The notes under the pieces: generated by a model | The model's database searches: none | What the model was told of the DNA's origin: nothing | The model's input: the letters and a program-made list of their open reading frames with translations, nothing else | Program-made: the position numbers and the translations under genes | Shown here: positions 21,858-32,383 of the stretch, piece by piece | Position numbering within the stretch: the first letter of the stretch is position 1 | Layout of the letters: each line of letters opens with the position of its first letter | Source of the DNA: Candidatus Bathyarchaeota archaeon | Lineage (GTDB): Archaea > Thermoproteota > Bathyarchaeia > Bathyarchaeales > Bathycorpusculaceae | DNA length: 64,000 nucleotides | Reading direction: 5' to 3' | Assembly (NCBI GenBank): GCA_963833575.1 | Contig: CAWHXY010000008.1 | Location: forward strand, 128,001-192,000

Positions 21858-23162
21858 ATGTTTGAAGGAGGAACAACTCGTTTGAAGCTAATTTATGTTG
21901 CAATTGACGGCATGGGAGACCTGCCGATCAAATCTTTAAGCAATAAAACACCCCTTGAAGCAGCCGAAACTCCTAACATGGACGCTCTTGCAAAAAACGG
22001 TAAAATTGGACTGATGTACTCAGTCAAAAAAGGTGTTGCGCCTGAGAGCGATGTTGCAGTCATTTCTCTTTTAGGCTATGATCCCTTCAAATATAGCACT
22101 GGCAGAGGCGTCATTGAGGCAGCTGGCGCAGGGTTGAAAATGAAAGATGGCGATTTAGCGTTACGATGCAATTTTGCAACTTTAGGTCAAGGAAAAAATA
22201 TTATTGACCGTCGAGTGGCAAGAAGTTTAACCACTGAAGAAGCAATCGAACTAAGCAAAGCTGCTAACGAAGAAGTTAAGCTTGAATCTTACCCGGCTAC
22301 GTTTGAGTTTCGACCCACATTAGGGCATCGGGCAGTTCTGCTAATAAGGAGCAAAGGGAAACCTCTTTCAAGTAATATCACAAACAGCGACCCTGCCTAC
22401 ATAGTGGTTAATGGTTTAGGCGTGGCTCTCTCGAAGGTTGATATGGTGCTGAAAACCTGTGAACCCACTGATAACACGGAAGCGGCCAAAGTCTCCGCTG
22501 CCTTGGTAAACGAATTCATCGATAAAACCCATAAGCTATGGGATGCTCACCCGATAAACTTGAAGCGGGCTACTGAAGGCAAGCTGAAAGCCAACGTCGT
22601 TCTAACCAGAGATGCAGGGCATCTTCTTCCAAAATTCTTCAATATAAACGAAAGGTATCATGTTAATTTTGCCTGTTTGGCGGATATGCATGCCGAACGA
22701 GGCATAGCTCAGCTAGCGGGAATGGACGCCATGCTTTTGCCTCCGCCTTCAGGCAACCTACAAAAAGACTGCGAAATAAGAGTCAAAGCCTTACTAGACA
22801 TTCTGCCCAAACACGATTGTTTTTATATTCATCTTAAAGGTCCAGATGAACCTGGTCATGACGGCAACTGTGTCTTGAAAACACAAATTATTTCGGCGAT
22901 CGATAAGTACTTTTTTGGGCCATTGCTAAATCAAATTTCGCTAAAAGAAAACCTTATCTGCATAACCACTGACCACGCCACGCCATGCGCACTAAAAGTA
23001 CACAGTGATACTCCAGTTCCAGTGCTGATTTCAGGTGACAAGATAGAAGGCGGCAATAAAGCAGTAAAGTTCTGTGAGAAAGAATGTGCAAGAGGAAGTC
23101 TAGGCACAATAGATCGCGGTTGCGAATTGATGCCAAAACTCATGGACATAATAAAAAAATAA
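21858..23162 (+). CDS. apgM: 2,3-bisphosphoglycerate-independent phosphoglycerate mutase (archaeal type)
   Basis: DGMGD, TPLEAA.TPNMD, PESD, DEPGHDG, TDHATP...H. Confidence 0.9.
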   Translation: MFEGGTTRLKLIYVAIDGMGDLPIKSLSNKTPLEAAETPNMDALAKNGKIGLMYSVKKGVAPESDVAVISLLGYDPFKYSTGRGVIEAAGAGLKMKDGDLALRCNFATLGQGKNIIDRRVARSLTTEEAIELSKAANEEVKLESYPATFEFRPTLGHRAVLLIRSKGKPLSSNITNSDPAYIVVNGLGVALSKVDMVLKTCEPTDNTEAAKVSAALVNEFIDKTHKLWDAHPINLKRATEGKLKANVVLTRDAGHLLPKFFNINERYHVNFACLADMHAERGIAQLAGMDAMLLPPPSGNLQKDCEIRVKALLDILPKHDCFYIHLKGPDEPGHDGNCVLKTQIISAIDKYFFGPLLNQISLKENLICITTDHATPCALKVHSDTPVPVLISGDKIEGGNKAVKFCEKECARGSLGTIDRGCELMPKLMDIIKK

Positions 23163-23198
23163 TAAATTTAATGTCCCTCAAAAAGGATGTAAGGAAAA

Positions 23199-23534
23199 AT
23201 GGCTTACTTAAAAGAAGAAAAAGAAAACATCGAAGTTTTGTATCCGCTTAATGTGATTTGGGAAGCTATACCGAAAGTTATTGAGAAGCTTGATTGGAAA
23301 ATAATGGAAAAAGACGAATCTTTACATCATCTTAAAGTTAAAACTAAAGGTGCGTTCATATCCTACCCGTCAACCCTCAAAATTGACTTGTCGATAATAG
23401 ATGAGAAAACAACTAAAATGTCAGTTGTGGCTGAGACTCCTGTGACCACAATTACTTCCGTGGCAGATTATGGCAGGACCAGAGAACGCATCGACCAGTT
23501 TATTACAACCCTTGCAAAGCTAACAGGCAGTTAA
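23199..23534 (+). CDS. Hypothetical protein
   Basis: 111 aa ORF with AGGA upstream. Confidence 0.75.
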   Translation: MAYLKEEKENIEVLYPLNVIWEAIPKVIEKLDWKIMEKDESLHHLKVKTKGAFISYPSTLKIDLSIIDEKTTKMSVVAETPVTTITSVADYGRTRERIDQFITTLAKLTGS

Positions 23535-23542
23535 ACCTTTTT

Positions 23543-24511
23543 TTACTCGAGTATTTGGGACCGCTTGAAGGCATACCATGCAATTACTAGGAAAACAACG
23601 ATGTACGCAAATGCCACTCCTATTGAGCGTAAAGCAATCAAACCGATAGATTCACTATAGAGAAGTGTTGGTGGCTGTATTGGGTTACTTAAAACGTTTG
23701 TATAAGTAAATAGGACTGGAGCGTTCGGGAAAAGAATTGATTTAACCATATTTGAGCCGATGCTGTCTGTTCCACTCGAAGTTGACGTCACGGTGTTTAT
23801 TGTACGATTTGCTATGGTAGTACTTTGACCAGCAGTAACATTCAAAGTTCCCGATGGTCCAGCGCCAGGAAGATAGTTTAACCCGCCTACAACTCCAGCG
23901 TTGCTAGAGAAACTTGCAACTACGCTTACACCTAAAAATAACGCAATAAACAAGCCCAAAGCAGTCAAAAGTGCAAGTAACGAACTCTTTGAAATACAGC
24001 CAGCAGCCAAAACTATGGCTACCCAAATAAAAGTGCTAACTATATCGCCTACCAAAGCAAGAGGCACAAGATAGAGGCTGTTTTGTGGTCCATAAACCAA
24101 GATGCCCCCAATAGTTGAGTAACTAAAAATCACAACATAAGATGCCAATATGACTATAAACGTTGCGAACAGTTTTCCTAAGAAAACCATTGTTCGAGAT
24201 ACAGGCTTTGTCAATAAGGAAACGATTGTGCCGCTTTCGTACTCTCCTGAAATACTGTTCATAGCAGTTACAATTCCAAATAGAAAGAAAGTGAAACTTC
24301 CACCACTAAACGTGGCTGCGAAGTAGGGATTGTGCCCAACGTTCAGGAAAGCAGGCAATGCTAAATCTACTGTGGCTAAGACAAAAGCTATTACAAGTGC
24401 TGCAATGAATTTTTTCTTGCGTATGTTCCAAAGCATTTCATATCTTACAATTGCCCAGAAACGAGTAAACCAGCTTGGATGAGCTCTAATAGCTTTTGAC
24501 GTTGTTGTCAT
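23543..24511 (-). CDS. ABC-2 type permease
   Basis: ISGEYESGT...LLTKPVSR...FLGK motif; multiple TMs. Confidence 0.9.
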   Translation of the reverse strand: MTTTSKAIRAHPSWFTRFWAIVRYEMLWNIRKKKFIAALVIAFVLATVDLALPAFLNVGHNPYFAATFSGGSFTFFLFGIVTAMNSISGEYESGTIVSLLTKPVSRTMVFLGKLFATFIVILASYVVIFSYSTIGGILVYGPQNSLYLVPLALVGDIVSTFIWVAIVLAAGCISKSSLLALLTALGLFIALFLGVSVVASFSSNAGVVGGLNYLPGAGPSGTLNVTAGQSTTIANRTINTVTSTSSGTDSIGSNMVKSILFPNAPVLFTYTNVLSNPIQPPTLLYSESIGLIALRSIGVAFAYIVVFLVIAWYAFKRSQILE

Positions 24512-25455
24512 TGGATTTTTCCTCCTTGGTCTTTGGTAATGAGTTGAAGGAATACATCTTCTAAATTGGAGGCTTTTTGACTCATGCCGACAATTACTCC
24601 TCCAGCAGCGGTTACTGTTTTGGAAACTTGTGCTCGCATATCATCGCGAGTATTTACTTGAATAAGCAAGGTTTCACCACTTTTCCACGTGCCCGACACA
24701 AAAGGCAACTTCTTTACTGCAGCAATAGCCTCATCTGACAAGTTGACTAATTCTATATGAATAATCGGAGATTCTGAAATCATGCTTGAAACGTTTTGAA
24801 GCGTATCTGATGCCAATACTGAGCCCTTATTAATGATGGTGACATGATCGCAGATTTGCTCAACTTCAAAAAGCAGGTGTGAAGAGAGAAAAACAGTTAT
24901 GCCTTCTTTTGAGATTGTTTTAACAAGTTCTCGAACTTCAACCATCCCAACTGGGTCTAAACCAATGCTTGGTTCATCCAAAACTACAAGTTCTGGATCA
25001 TTAAGCAGTGCTTGGGCGATGCCGATTCGTTGTTGCATGCCTTTGCTGTATTTTCCTATAAGATCATTTTCTCTGCCTTTCAAACCAACCATATTTATTA
25101 ATTTAGGGATTTGTTCTATGCGTTGCTGCGCAGTCATTCCATACATTCTGCCATAAATATCAAGCAACTCGGCACCTTTGAGGTGCTTTGGGAACTTGGG
25201 CAACTCCGACATGTAACCAATGTGTAAACGTGAATCCGCGTCGTCAACATGGACTTCATCCCCTAACACCTTAACGAAGCCACTGGTGGGTCTAAGTAGG
25301 CCTACCAGAATTTTGATTGTAGTTGTTTTTCCTGCTCCGTTTGGACCCAAAAAGCCGTGGATTGTGTTCTTCTGAACTTTGAGGCTTAATTTGTTCACTG
25401 CAGTTAAGGAACCGAAGCATTTTGTTAAGTCGGTTGTTTCTATCGCGTAGTCCAA
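24508..25455 (-). CDS. ABC transporter ATP-binding protein
   Basis: GPNGAGKTT, YSKGMQQR, LDEP, SSH. Confidence 0.95.
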   Translation of the reverse strand: MDYAIETTDLTKCFGSLTAVNKLSLKVQKNTIHGFLGPNGAGKTTTIKILVGLLRPTSGFVKVLGDEVHVDDADSRLHIGYMSELPKFPKHLKGAELLDIYGRMYGMTAQQRIEQIPKLINMVGLKGRENDLIGKYSKGMQQRIGIAQALLNDPELVVLDEPSIGLDPVGMVEVRELVKTISKEGITVFLSSHLLFEVEQICDHVTIINKGSVLASDTLQNVSSMISESPIIHIELVNLSDEAIAAVKKLPFVSGTWKSGETLLIQVNTRDDMRAQVSKTVTAAGGVIVGMSQKASNLEDVFLQLITKDQGGKIQ

Positions 25456-25629
25456 GACAAACGCTTCCGCTTAATACTTTAATGGGATTTTGATATAAGC
25501 TTTGACTTTCATCGTTATCGCTCACCACCCATTTTAGCAACTAAAAACAGTTCACTAGTTTCTATTAACTGTGGAAAGATATTTGAGTTCTTCGATTACA
25601 GTAACTAATAAAATTTAGCGGTGTAAAGC

Positions 25630-26043
25630 ATGACCAAAAAGCCTCCACAAATCATTTACAAAGGAAGAAGCATTGGCATCGTAATTTTAACTGCTGCTCA
25701 ACTGCTTATAGGAGCCATACATATCTTCTTTGGGTTGCTACTTTTCGCGTTCGAGGTCTCTATTTTGCAAGCTACGCTAGCTTATGATGTTTACACAGTG
25801 TTTTTCGGCTTGTTGACTTTAGTATTTGCAGTATTTATTTGGCAAGGCAAAAAATCAGGATGGATTGGCACCATAGCGGTTTCCATATTCGTCAGTGTTG
25901 CTGATGCTTTAACGCTCCTGAATTTACCAAGCATTCCAGGAATACCAAAATTCGCAGCGCCAACCGAAATAGTGTACAGCATTATCGTCATGTTTTACTT
26001 GCTCAGGAATAATGTTAGAGAAAAGTATTTGGCGCAAAAGTAA
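25630..26043 (+). CDS. Four-TM membrane protein
   Basis: Four hydrophobic segments, W.GKK.GW loop. Confidence 0.75.
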   Translation: MTKKPPQIIYKGRSIGIVILTAAQLLIGAIHIFFGLLLFAFEVSILQATLAYDVYTVFFGLLTLVFAVFIWQGKKSGWIGTIAVSIFVSVADALTLLNLPSIPGIPKFAAPTEIVYSIIVMFYLLRNNVREKYLAQK

Positions 26044-26211
26044 TAATCAGGTCATTTTTATCCATTTGAGAATCTGAATGGGATTCTTTTTGGGGTGCCT
26101 TCAAAAAAAGTTCCTTAGAGTAACTAAAGAGTAGGCAGCATAGACTTAATGGTCTTAACTTAACAGAACATTTCAATATCGCAGTTCAAAAAAAGAAAAA
26201 GAGTGGAAGGT

Positions 26212-26592
26212 TTAATCTATTTTCCACTTTTTGGCTACCTTCACTATGAGGAACACGATAAGTGCCACAAAGATGAAGGTAATTAGCGCCACTAAAAAGT
26301 CGCCGATGCCAAACGACTGCTTCGTAACTGAAACTGCATATGTAGCCAAGTTTGACATGCCTGGAATAGCTAAGCCTAAGAGCGGAATAATGAAGTCTGC
26401 GACAACCGCCTTAACCACAGCACCAAGATACAAACCTAAAACGAAAGCAACAGCTAAGCCAAGAACTTTGTACGACGATAGAAAGTCTTTGAATTCGTTC
26501 CATAAGCCTTTTGGCGGGACTGCCGCTGGAGCCTTTTCTAAGGCAGCGGTGATTTTCTTTAACTCTGCTAAAATTTCATCTTCTTTGTCCAT
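26212..26592 (-). CDS. mscL: Large-conductance mechanosensitive channel
   Basis: EFKDFL...VLGLAVAFVLG...D.I.P and G.FL.A.I.F. Confidence 0.88.
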   Translation of the reverse strand: MDKEDEILAELKKITAALEKAPAAVPPKGLWNEFKDFLSSYKVLGLAVAFVLGLYLGAVVKAVVADFIIPLLGLAIPGMSNLATYAVSVTKQSFGIGDFLVALITFIFVALIVFLIVKVAKKWKID

Positions 26593-26668
26593 TAAAATAC
26601 CCTGTGATTATTATGGACTCTGCGTTTTATAAGATTTGGGATTCAACGAATGGGGCTAATAATTGGTG

Positions 26669-27079
26669 TTACCCAGCTTTTTGTTTGATTGTACTCAAAT
26701 AAGATGTCAAACTTTCTATACATTGGATTTCTCGACCAACAAAAGCATGTAACTCCTTCCAATATCGCGTGTTTACTTTAACTTTTACTCTCTCTAAGTT
26801 ATGTTTCAGTCTCAGAGTGCCTTCTTTGCCTCTTCGGTCGAAATCTAAGAGAAGAATAACTTCATGTGCGCCGAGTTGCTCTATTTCTTCGGTTGCTTGA
26901 AGAAAGGATTTTCCTCCAGTCTTGATCGTCACGATTCTGCCGTTTATTCCTAATTCCTTCAGTGTTTCAGCATCTTTTTTGCCTTCAACAACAATTGGTT
27001 TGCCTTCGGTTGATTCTTCAGTTAATTTGGCTATAATATGCTGAATTTTCTCCTCTTTCTCTTTGAGCCTATCGGACAA
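26669..27079 (-). CDS. Small Toprim domain protein
   Basis: IVVEGKKD and DFDRRG motifs. Confidence 0.9.
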   Translation of the reverse strand: MSDRLKEKEEKIQHIIAKLTEESTEGKPIVVEGKKDAETLKELGINGRIVTIKTGGKSFLQATEEIEQLGAHEVILLLDFDRRGKEGTLRLKHNLERVKVKVNTRYWKELHAFVGREIQCIESLTSYLSTIKQKAG

Positions 27080-27084
27080 AGGTT

Positions 27085-28173
27085 TTACCTTGTAATTTTA
27101 GCCTGCCGCACCGTTTCTAAACAATCTTTAGCTTCACTATTATTTGCAAAATATCGCCTAACAGGCTCCAATATATCTGCAAGTTCGGTTGCAACGCCAT
27201 TCTTCAAGTCCATCGGATGAAGTTTACCTTCTGCGTAGACTGATTCGAGCTCTTGGAAGCTTTGAAGCTGTATGGTTCCTCCAAATTTTGCTGGACGCTC
27301 AATTGTGAAGACTGGTTTTTCTCGGAAGATAATGTATTTACAAATGTCAAGTATTGGATTAAATTTGATGGTTTTTTCCGGACAGAAAGCTTTTGCCATT
27401 TTCTGCTTTATTTCTTCAGGAGAATCATAGATGAAAATGCAAGTTTGAGGTTTGCTCTTTGACATTTTGGCTGAAGCTACTGCTTCTTTTTCTTGCCCTT
27501 CTGGGATTGGCCAAATTTTAGGTTTCTCTAAACCCTGAAGCAAATGGTGGTGAACACATGTGGGTTTCCAGCATCCTATTTTTTCACCTATCTCTCTTGC
27601 AACCATGTTTGCTTTTCGCTGGTCCATGCCTAACTGGCAAATTTTTACCTTCATATGAAAAATGTCTGCTACCTGCATTGGAGTGTAGAGGTAGTCTGAA
27701 ACGTAATGGGCCTCGGTTTCTTGTCTTCCCGCAATTTCTAATGTTCGGGTAGTCCGGGCTATGGTTAGGTTTTTTGCAATGATGACGGTTTTAGCCCAGT
27801 AGTCAATGTCTTTGTAGAGTTCATCTGAATAGATAAATTCAACTTTGTCGCCAGGGACCCCAAGAGCCAACCACGAGTGTCTAAAAAGGTCGGCTGCTTT
27901 GCGGATAAGAGGCAGGTCGCCACCAAGTTTGTTATTTAGCCATGCGTGCCATGTTGCCAAAAAAGCTTTGAAATGGATGCCTGCCTCAGCGAAGTCTTTC
28001 ATTTTATACGCACAAATAACGCCAGTTCCCAAATGCGCCAAACCAGAAGGTTCCCAACCATTATAGGCTACGGGATGCTCTTCTTTTTCAAAAAGGCTAC
28101 GCAAATCTTCTGGTGTAACAACTTCTTCCGTAGGCGGTCTGCAGATTAATTCAACTTTCTTTTCTATGTCCAA
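27085..28173 (-). CDS. tyrS: Tyrosine--tRNA ligase
   Basis: YNGWEPSG.AHLG, Y.PMQVAD, GMDQRK, KMSKS. Confidence 0.95.
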   Translation of the reverse strand: MDIEKKVELICRPPTEEVVTPEDLRSLFEKEEHPVAYNGWEPSGLAHLGTGVICAYKMKDFAEAGIHFKAFLATWHAWLNNKLGGDLPLIRKAADLFRHSWLALGVPGDKVEFIYSDELYKDIDYWAKTVIIAKNLTIARTTRTLEIAGRQETEAHYVSDYLYTPMQVADIFHMKVKICQLGMDQRKANMVAREIGEKIGCWKPTCVHHHLLQGLEKPKIWPIPEGQEKEAVASAKMSKSKPQTCIFIYDSPEEIKQKMAKAFCPEKTIKFNPILDICKYIIFREKPVFTIERPAKFGGTIQLQSFQELESVYAEGKLHPMDLKNGVATELADILEPVRRYFANNSEAKDCLETVRQAKITR

Positions 28174-28445
28174 ATTGCACGCATCTTCCCTGTGTTTCCT
28201 ATTTCTAATGTAAGTGTGGAACTTAAAAATTTAGTACATCTTTATGTATTTAGCTTATCTTTGGTTCAAGTTTGCATTGTTTCCACTAGATAAATAAGAA
28301 ATGATGGTTGTGGGATATGACAAGAAGAACAACAACAGATGGAATTGCCATTTTTGAACAGTTTGTTTTCGATTGCTTTTTTGATTTAGGGTTTGACAAT
28401 GTATTCATTTGTTTTTTAGTTTAAATTAATTCACGTGAAATTTTA

Positions 28446-28477
28446 TGTGTATTCATTAACCCGTGGGAAAAGGTCAT
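28446..28477 (+). repeat. Cassette-boundary element, C type (weak copy)
   Basis: AACCCGTGGGAAAAGGTCAT, 4 bp from the stop codon at 28482. Confidence 0.55.
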
Positions 28478-28481
28478 TGAC

Positions 28482-29255
28482 TTAGTTAGTGGTCTTTCGA
28501 TCCCTAAGCACCACAACAATAAACAAAACTGAAAGAAACAATGGCAAAATTGCTAACAAGGGAATCTCTGGAACGGTAGGCGTTGGAGTTAAGGTAGCTG
28601 TTGGAGTTAAGACAGGTGTTGATGATATTGTTGGGGTTGGATGAGGAGATGCAGTGATTGAAGTAGAAGTTGACCCGTTGGCTATGGTTATGGTTTGTGT
28701 GTTGCTCCAACCGCTTGATTGACCTGTAAAGTCTTCAGCACCATAAAGGGAATAAGGGGAAGGAACCGTTATCCAATACCCTATTGTTGCTTCTACTTGA
28801 AAGTCCACTTCACCACCAGCAGTAACTTGGGTCCAAATTGGAGCGTATGAACCATTATACAGGGTCACCTCATAGCTGATGACCGTGTATTCAGAATTAC
28901 TCGCAGGAACCCATGTGGAAATTGTATTCCATTCGTTGCCGTTGCTGAAATGTCCTTCTTCCTGAACGTTGTACGTCAAGCTAAGTGTGGTGCCGTTCTC
29001 AAGAGCGTTCGCATTAAAAGCTTGGTTTAGAATCACAATCTGCACCGTGTCGTTGGCATACGTGTGCGTTACGGTCGCTCCAGTATCTGTATTTGTTGTG
29101 TTCACACTGTAAGATGATTAAATGTATGTTACACTAAACTCTGGAGCCGATGGTGTGGGTATCGACTGAGCAAATGCGGGTTTAACGATTATAAGACTTG
29201 AGACAGCTAAGAGAACAATAAGAATTAATGAGAAACTCTTGCTGATACTGCCCAT
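28482..29255 (-). pseudogene. Secreted surface protein with Thr/Pro linker and PEF-like C-terminal anchor, interrupted by in-frame TAA
   Basis: MGSISKSFSLILIVLLAVSSLIIVKPAFAQSIPTPSAPEFSVTYI* (stop 29118-29120) continues in frame into ORF 28482-29105 ending VPEIP-TM-RDRK. Confidence 0.75.
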
Positions 29256-29356
29256 GTTTAGTATTAGGAAACTGTAGACGATAAAAGGCTGCTCGTAAAA
29301 CTCTCTTGACTGAAATTAGTCAAATTTTCTTGACTTGGAGTGTTTACGATTGGAGT
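29253..29356 (-). promoter_or_regulatory. Shared about 100 bp upstream module (copy 1) with AGTCAA-N6-TTGACT-N6-AGTCAA array and TATA-like TTTTAT
   Basis: Near-identical to 35980-36082; both end exactly at an ATG. Confidence 0.8.
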
Positions 29357-29443
29357 TGAACTCAAACCCTCCGGCGATTTAGATGGGGAATCAGATTGAA
29401 CCCACACTCCTATGGAGACATCACATGCATTTCCCCTTTTTTT
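29355..29443 (+). repeat. Cassette-boundary element, A type with GTTGAACTCAAACCCTCC extension
   Basis: GGGGAAT..TTGAACCC..TGGAGACATCACATGCATTTCCCC-T7. Confidence 0.8.
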
Positions 29444-29446
29444 GTT

Positions 29447-29689
29447 CTAAGAAGAGTTCTGTTTTGTTTTTTTGCTTCTTAGCAGTTTCATATAGAACTT
29501 TCCAAATAAAGAGATAACCAAAACAATCCAAACAGAACTGATTCCAAATCTAAACACACCAAATGTGATTATGGAACTAGACAATAGGAACCCCAAGAAT
29601 ATGTCAAACAAAATAGAACCCAAAACTGCAACTGAAACATACTTTAGAGTACTCAGCATTTTAGAACGGGATGTTACGGGATTTTCCAT
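29447..29689 (-). CDS. Small two-TM membrane protein
   Basis: 80 aa; tail RSKKTKQNSS shared with 33863-34165. Confidence 0.65.
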   Translation of the reverse strand: MENPVTSRSKMLSTLKYVSVAVLGSILFDIFLGFLLSSSIITFGVFRFGISSVWIVLVISLFGKFYMKLLRSKKTKQNSS

Positions 29690-29836
29690 CGAAACAATCT
29701 CTAATACTTACTTCTTTACACCTTGCTTAAAAGATTTTAAAAATCTCTGCTTTTCGCTTTTTGGAATTTTTGAACTTTTCCCTTTATTGAAGGGCGCCGA
29801 GCTGACATTGCTTAAGGATTTTTTCCGTCAAGATGG

Positions 29837-29870
29837 TAGGAGACTATACGCTCAACCGTGAGAAAAGGTT
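29837..29870 (+). repeat. Cassette-boundary element, C type
   Basis: TAGGAGACTATACGCTCAACCGTGAGAAAAGG; left flank similar to the 34220 copy. Confidence 0.7.
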
Positions 29871-29915
29871 AGTCTATGGAGTTGCTGATTTTCTTCATTT
29901 TTCCAGCCGCCGATA

Positions 29916-30437
29916 TCACGTTGAAGTGAAAACTGGACGGTTAACATAGCGTAACCGCGAATGCAATGCTTCTACCCAATCACTCTTACTTACGTTAAAC
30001 GCTAGTTGGGCTTTGTGTATTGCTTTGCTTTCACTATCTGTTTCTGTTTCCGATGAGAAAATGAAGTCTGTCAGAAAACGTATGTTCGTGGATTCCTTCA
30101 GTGCCTCTAATTGTTTTAGCTCTGCAAACGTTAGGTCAAGTTTGAAAACAATTTGGGTTTTCACATTACTTTTAAGGCTGATGGTTGTTTTCTTAGGAAT
30201 TAGTTTGCCAAGATATAATTCTCCGTTGTCATTTCCCATGTAATTTATTTTAACGTCAAAATTGCTCAATTTCAGAATTTTTTGTGACGTAACAAAAATA
30301 TTAGACGTTGAGAACTTGCCTTCCAAATAGAAATCAAAAGCGAAATTAAATCCTGTACGAATGGCACCCCAATGTCTACTTACAGAAAGAAAAGCAATAT
30401 CTAGTAATACGTCCGAAATTTCAACATAAGCAGACAT
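29916..30437 (-). CDS. Hypothetical beta-rich protein
   Basis: 173 aa ORF between two boundary elements. Confidence 0.65.
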   Translation of the reverse strand: MSAYVEISDVLLDIAFLSVSRHWGAIRTGFNFAFDFYLEGKFSTSNIFVTSQKILKLSNFDVKINYMGNDNGELYLGKLIPKKTTISLKSNVKTQIVFKLDLTFAELKQLEALKESTNIRFLTDFIFSSETETDSESKAIHKAQLAFNVSKSDWVEALHSRLRYVNRPVFTST

Positions 30438-30490
30438 GAAATTTCATCATTCTAAATAGATTTTGTATTACTTAATAATTTTGCTATATA

Positions 30491-30520
30491 TGGGAGGTAC
30501 ATCCAATCGTGGGAAAAGGG
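30491..30520 (+). repeat. Cassette-boundary element, C type
   Basis: TGGGAGGTACATCCAATCGTGGGAAAAGGG. Confidence 0.65.
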
Positions 30521-30541
30521 TCTGAGAGTAGAATTGGAAAG

Positions 30542-31166
30542 TTAGCTTCCAATATTAAGATTGATGGTTCTGTTGCCTGCTGGTGTGTAAACGTGGAAGT
30601 CGCCAGCGTAATATGTTGCGGGAAATTCGATTCCGTCGTTACCCCAAAAGTAATCTATTGTTACATAGTATGTGTGTTCATTTTCCAGATTAACAGAATA
30701 GACGTTATTGTTATAGGCTGATGGATTTGTTGAAAAAGTAAAAGTGCTTGTGGCATTGGTCTTTTCATCTGCAAATTTTATTTGGCGAACAATGTTTCCC
30801 ATTTTATTTACGAATGCCCTGCCAGAAACAATAACTTTAGCACTTAAAACCGAAACAACACAAAGCGTTCTGCATCAATCCTCGCCCTGCCGCTGTCACA
30901 ATGACAGAGTAGTTGCCTGTGGGAGTAGAAGCTGGAGTATTCATAGTTAGAAGGCTCGTAAAGTTGGATGTTCCCACTTCTGGCTCAAAGATTATGCTTT
31001 CATTTGCTTGTGTCATATTACTTAGATTGCTCACTTGACCTGTAAGGTCTGAAATTTGACTATTTAGAGTTGATATTTTGTTATTATAGTAAACTATCGT
31101 TCCAGCAATTGCACTTACAAAAAGTATAACAACTAACAAAAATGAGGCTATTATTTTCTTATTCAT
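30542..31166 (-). pseudogene. Membrane-anchored surface protein split by a frameshift near 30860-30890
   Basis: MNKKIIASF-TM-coiled coil-TPTGNYSVIVTA in one frame; CVVSVLSAKVIVSG...MGNIV continues in another frame. Confidence 0.6.
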
Positions 31167-31256
31167 TCTTACCGAATAAATCAATATCATAAGTGCTTTT
31201 AGTTCTACTCATGGAACATACTGTTCCTTTCTTGGAACGCCGACAGGTAATTCAGG

Positions 31257-31344
31257 GTTGAACTCAAACCCTCCAGCGATTTTAATTGGGGACTGGCTTG
31301 AACCCTCCAGTCAGTGGAGACATCACTCCGCATTTCCCATTTTT
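31257..31344 (+). repeat. Cassette-boundary element, A type with GTTGAACTCAAACCCTCC extension
   Basis: GGGGACTGGCTTGAACCCTCCAGTCAGTGGAGACATCACTCCGCATTTCCCA-T5. Confidence 0.8.
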
Positions 31345-31368
31345 CAGGACCTTTGTTCCAAGATTATG

Positions 31369-31830
31369 TCAAAGTTGCAGTCTCATGCTGTGTCCGGGTT
31401 TGAAACCAAAGGTTTCATACAGCGATTTTCCTGCCTCTGAAGCATCAAGATTTACTCTGTCGTAGCCATGAGCCCTACACCAAGCTATGCCAGTTTCGAC
31501 AATCAGTCGAGCTACACCTCTTCTCCTAAACTCCTTCTCCGTATACAAAGACATCAAATAAGGCACTTCCAAGAATCTGCTGATGGGCAAAGGCGGCTGT
31601 TCTCTAATCCAAATGCAACCACTACCTGCTACCTCCCCTTCCTCTGTTTTTGCGATGAAACCCACAAGTTTGTCCGATGACAACTTTTCCCTAATCCACT
31701 CCAGCGTACGCTCTTCTGTTCCGGTCGCGGACATTACCCGTTCCGGATGAATATCACACCACAGACTCAATCTGTGCTTAACCAGAATCTCAGTATCATC
31801 TAGAGTAGCATATTGAATGTTAAATCTCAT
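31369..31830 (-). CDS. GNAT family N-acetyltransferase
   Basis: LYTEKEFRRRGVA acetyl-CoA motif; ASEAG..LYE.FGF. Confidence 0.9.
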   Translation of the reverse strand: MRFNIQYATLDDTEILVKHRLSLWCDIHPERVMSATGTEERTLEWIREKLSSDKLVGFIAKTEEGEVAGSGCIWIREQPPLPISRFLEVPYLMSLYTEKEFRRRGVARLIVETGIAWCRAHGYDRVNLDASEAGKSLYETFGFKPGHSMRLQL

Positions 31831-31964
31831 AGCTAGACTTTTCCCAAATTATTCTTGATGATGAAATGGACAAGTTGAGTTTAAATCTTGTTCAAAACTG
31901 AACTAATGATAGTTCGTTTAGATTCAAGTTTAAATCATTTCAGGGACCAAACAAGAGAAAAACA

Positions 31965-32018
31965 GGGGTTGATTTGAACCCCTAAGAGTGGAGATGTCAC
32001 TTGCATTTCCCCTTTTTT
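31965..32018 (+). repeat. Cassette-boundary element, A type
   Basis: GGGGTTGATTTGAACCCCTAAGAGTGGAGATGTCACTTGCATTTCCCC-T6. Confidence 0.8.
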
Positions 32019-32104
32019 GTTTAAACAGTTTGGCGCTCCAGTTTTTAAGTAAGGGCATGAATGCGATTTAGTTAGTAACTTTCATGTGATTTGTTTACAA
32101 CCTA

Positions 32105-32383
32105 CTATTTTTTCAATTCAATTAGCATTTTTAACACCAGTTTAAGTGCAGAGTCGTAGCCATCGCAATATTCTTTGCTCGGGTCTTTATCCGCATAGGT
32201 TCGCTCCACAATTTCTTTTCCAATGCCTTCATTAGTTAACTGGATTGAGCCTTCTTTAAGCCATATCAAAGCATCTACATACCCGTGTTCTGAGTCTGAA
32301 AGCTCATCTGTCACAGATGATTCTGCCTTCTGCCTGATTATTTCATCAATCTTTCCTTTTAACTCGTTCTCAACCTTGCTCAC
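32105..32383 (-). CDS. Small acidic helical protein
   Basis: 92 aa; internal duplication GYVDALIWL / GYDSALKLV; GGTGA upstream. Confidence 0.7.
   Translation of the reverse strand: MSKVENELKGKIDEIIRQKAESSVTDELSDSEHGYVDALIWLKEGSIQLTNEGIGKEIVERTYADKDPSKEYCDGYDSALKLVLKMLIELKK

Noticed and set aside
31965-32018. GGTTCAAATC on the minus strand as a tRNA T-arm
   Set aside because: No 5 bp T-stem in register, and no acceptor, D or anticodon arms.
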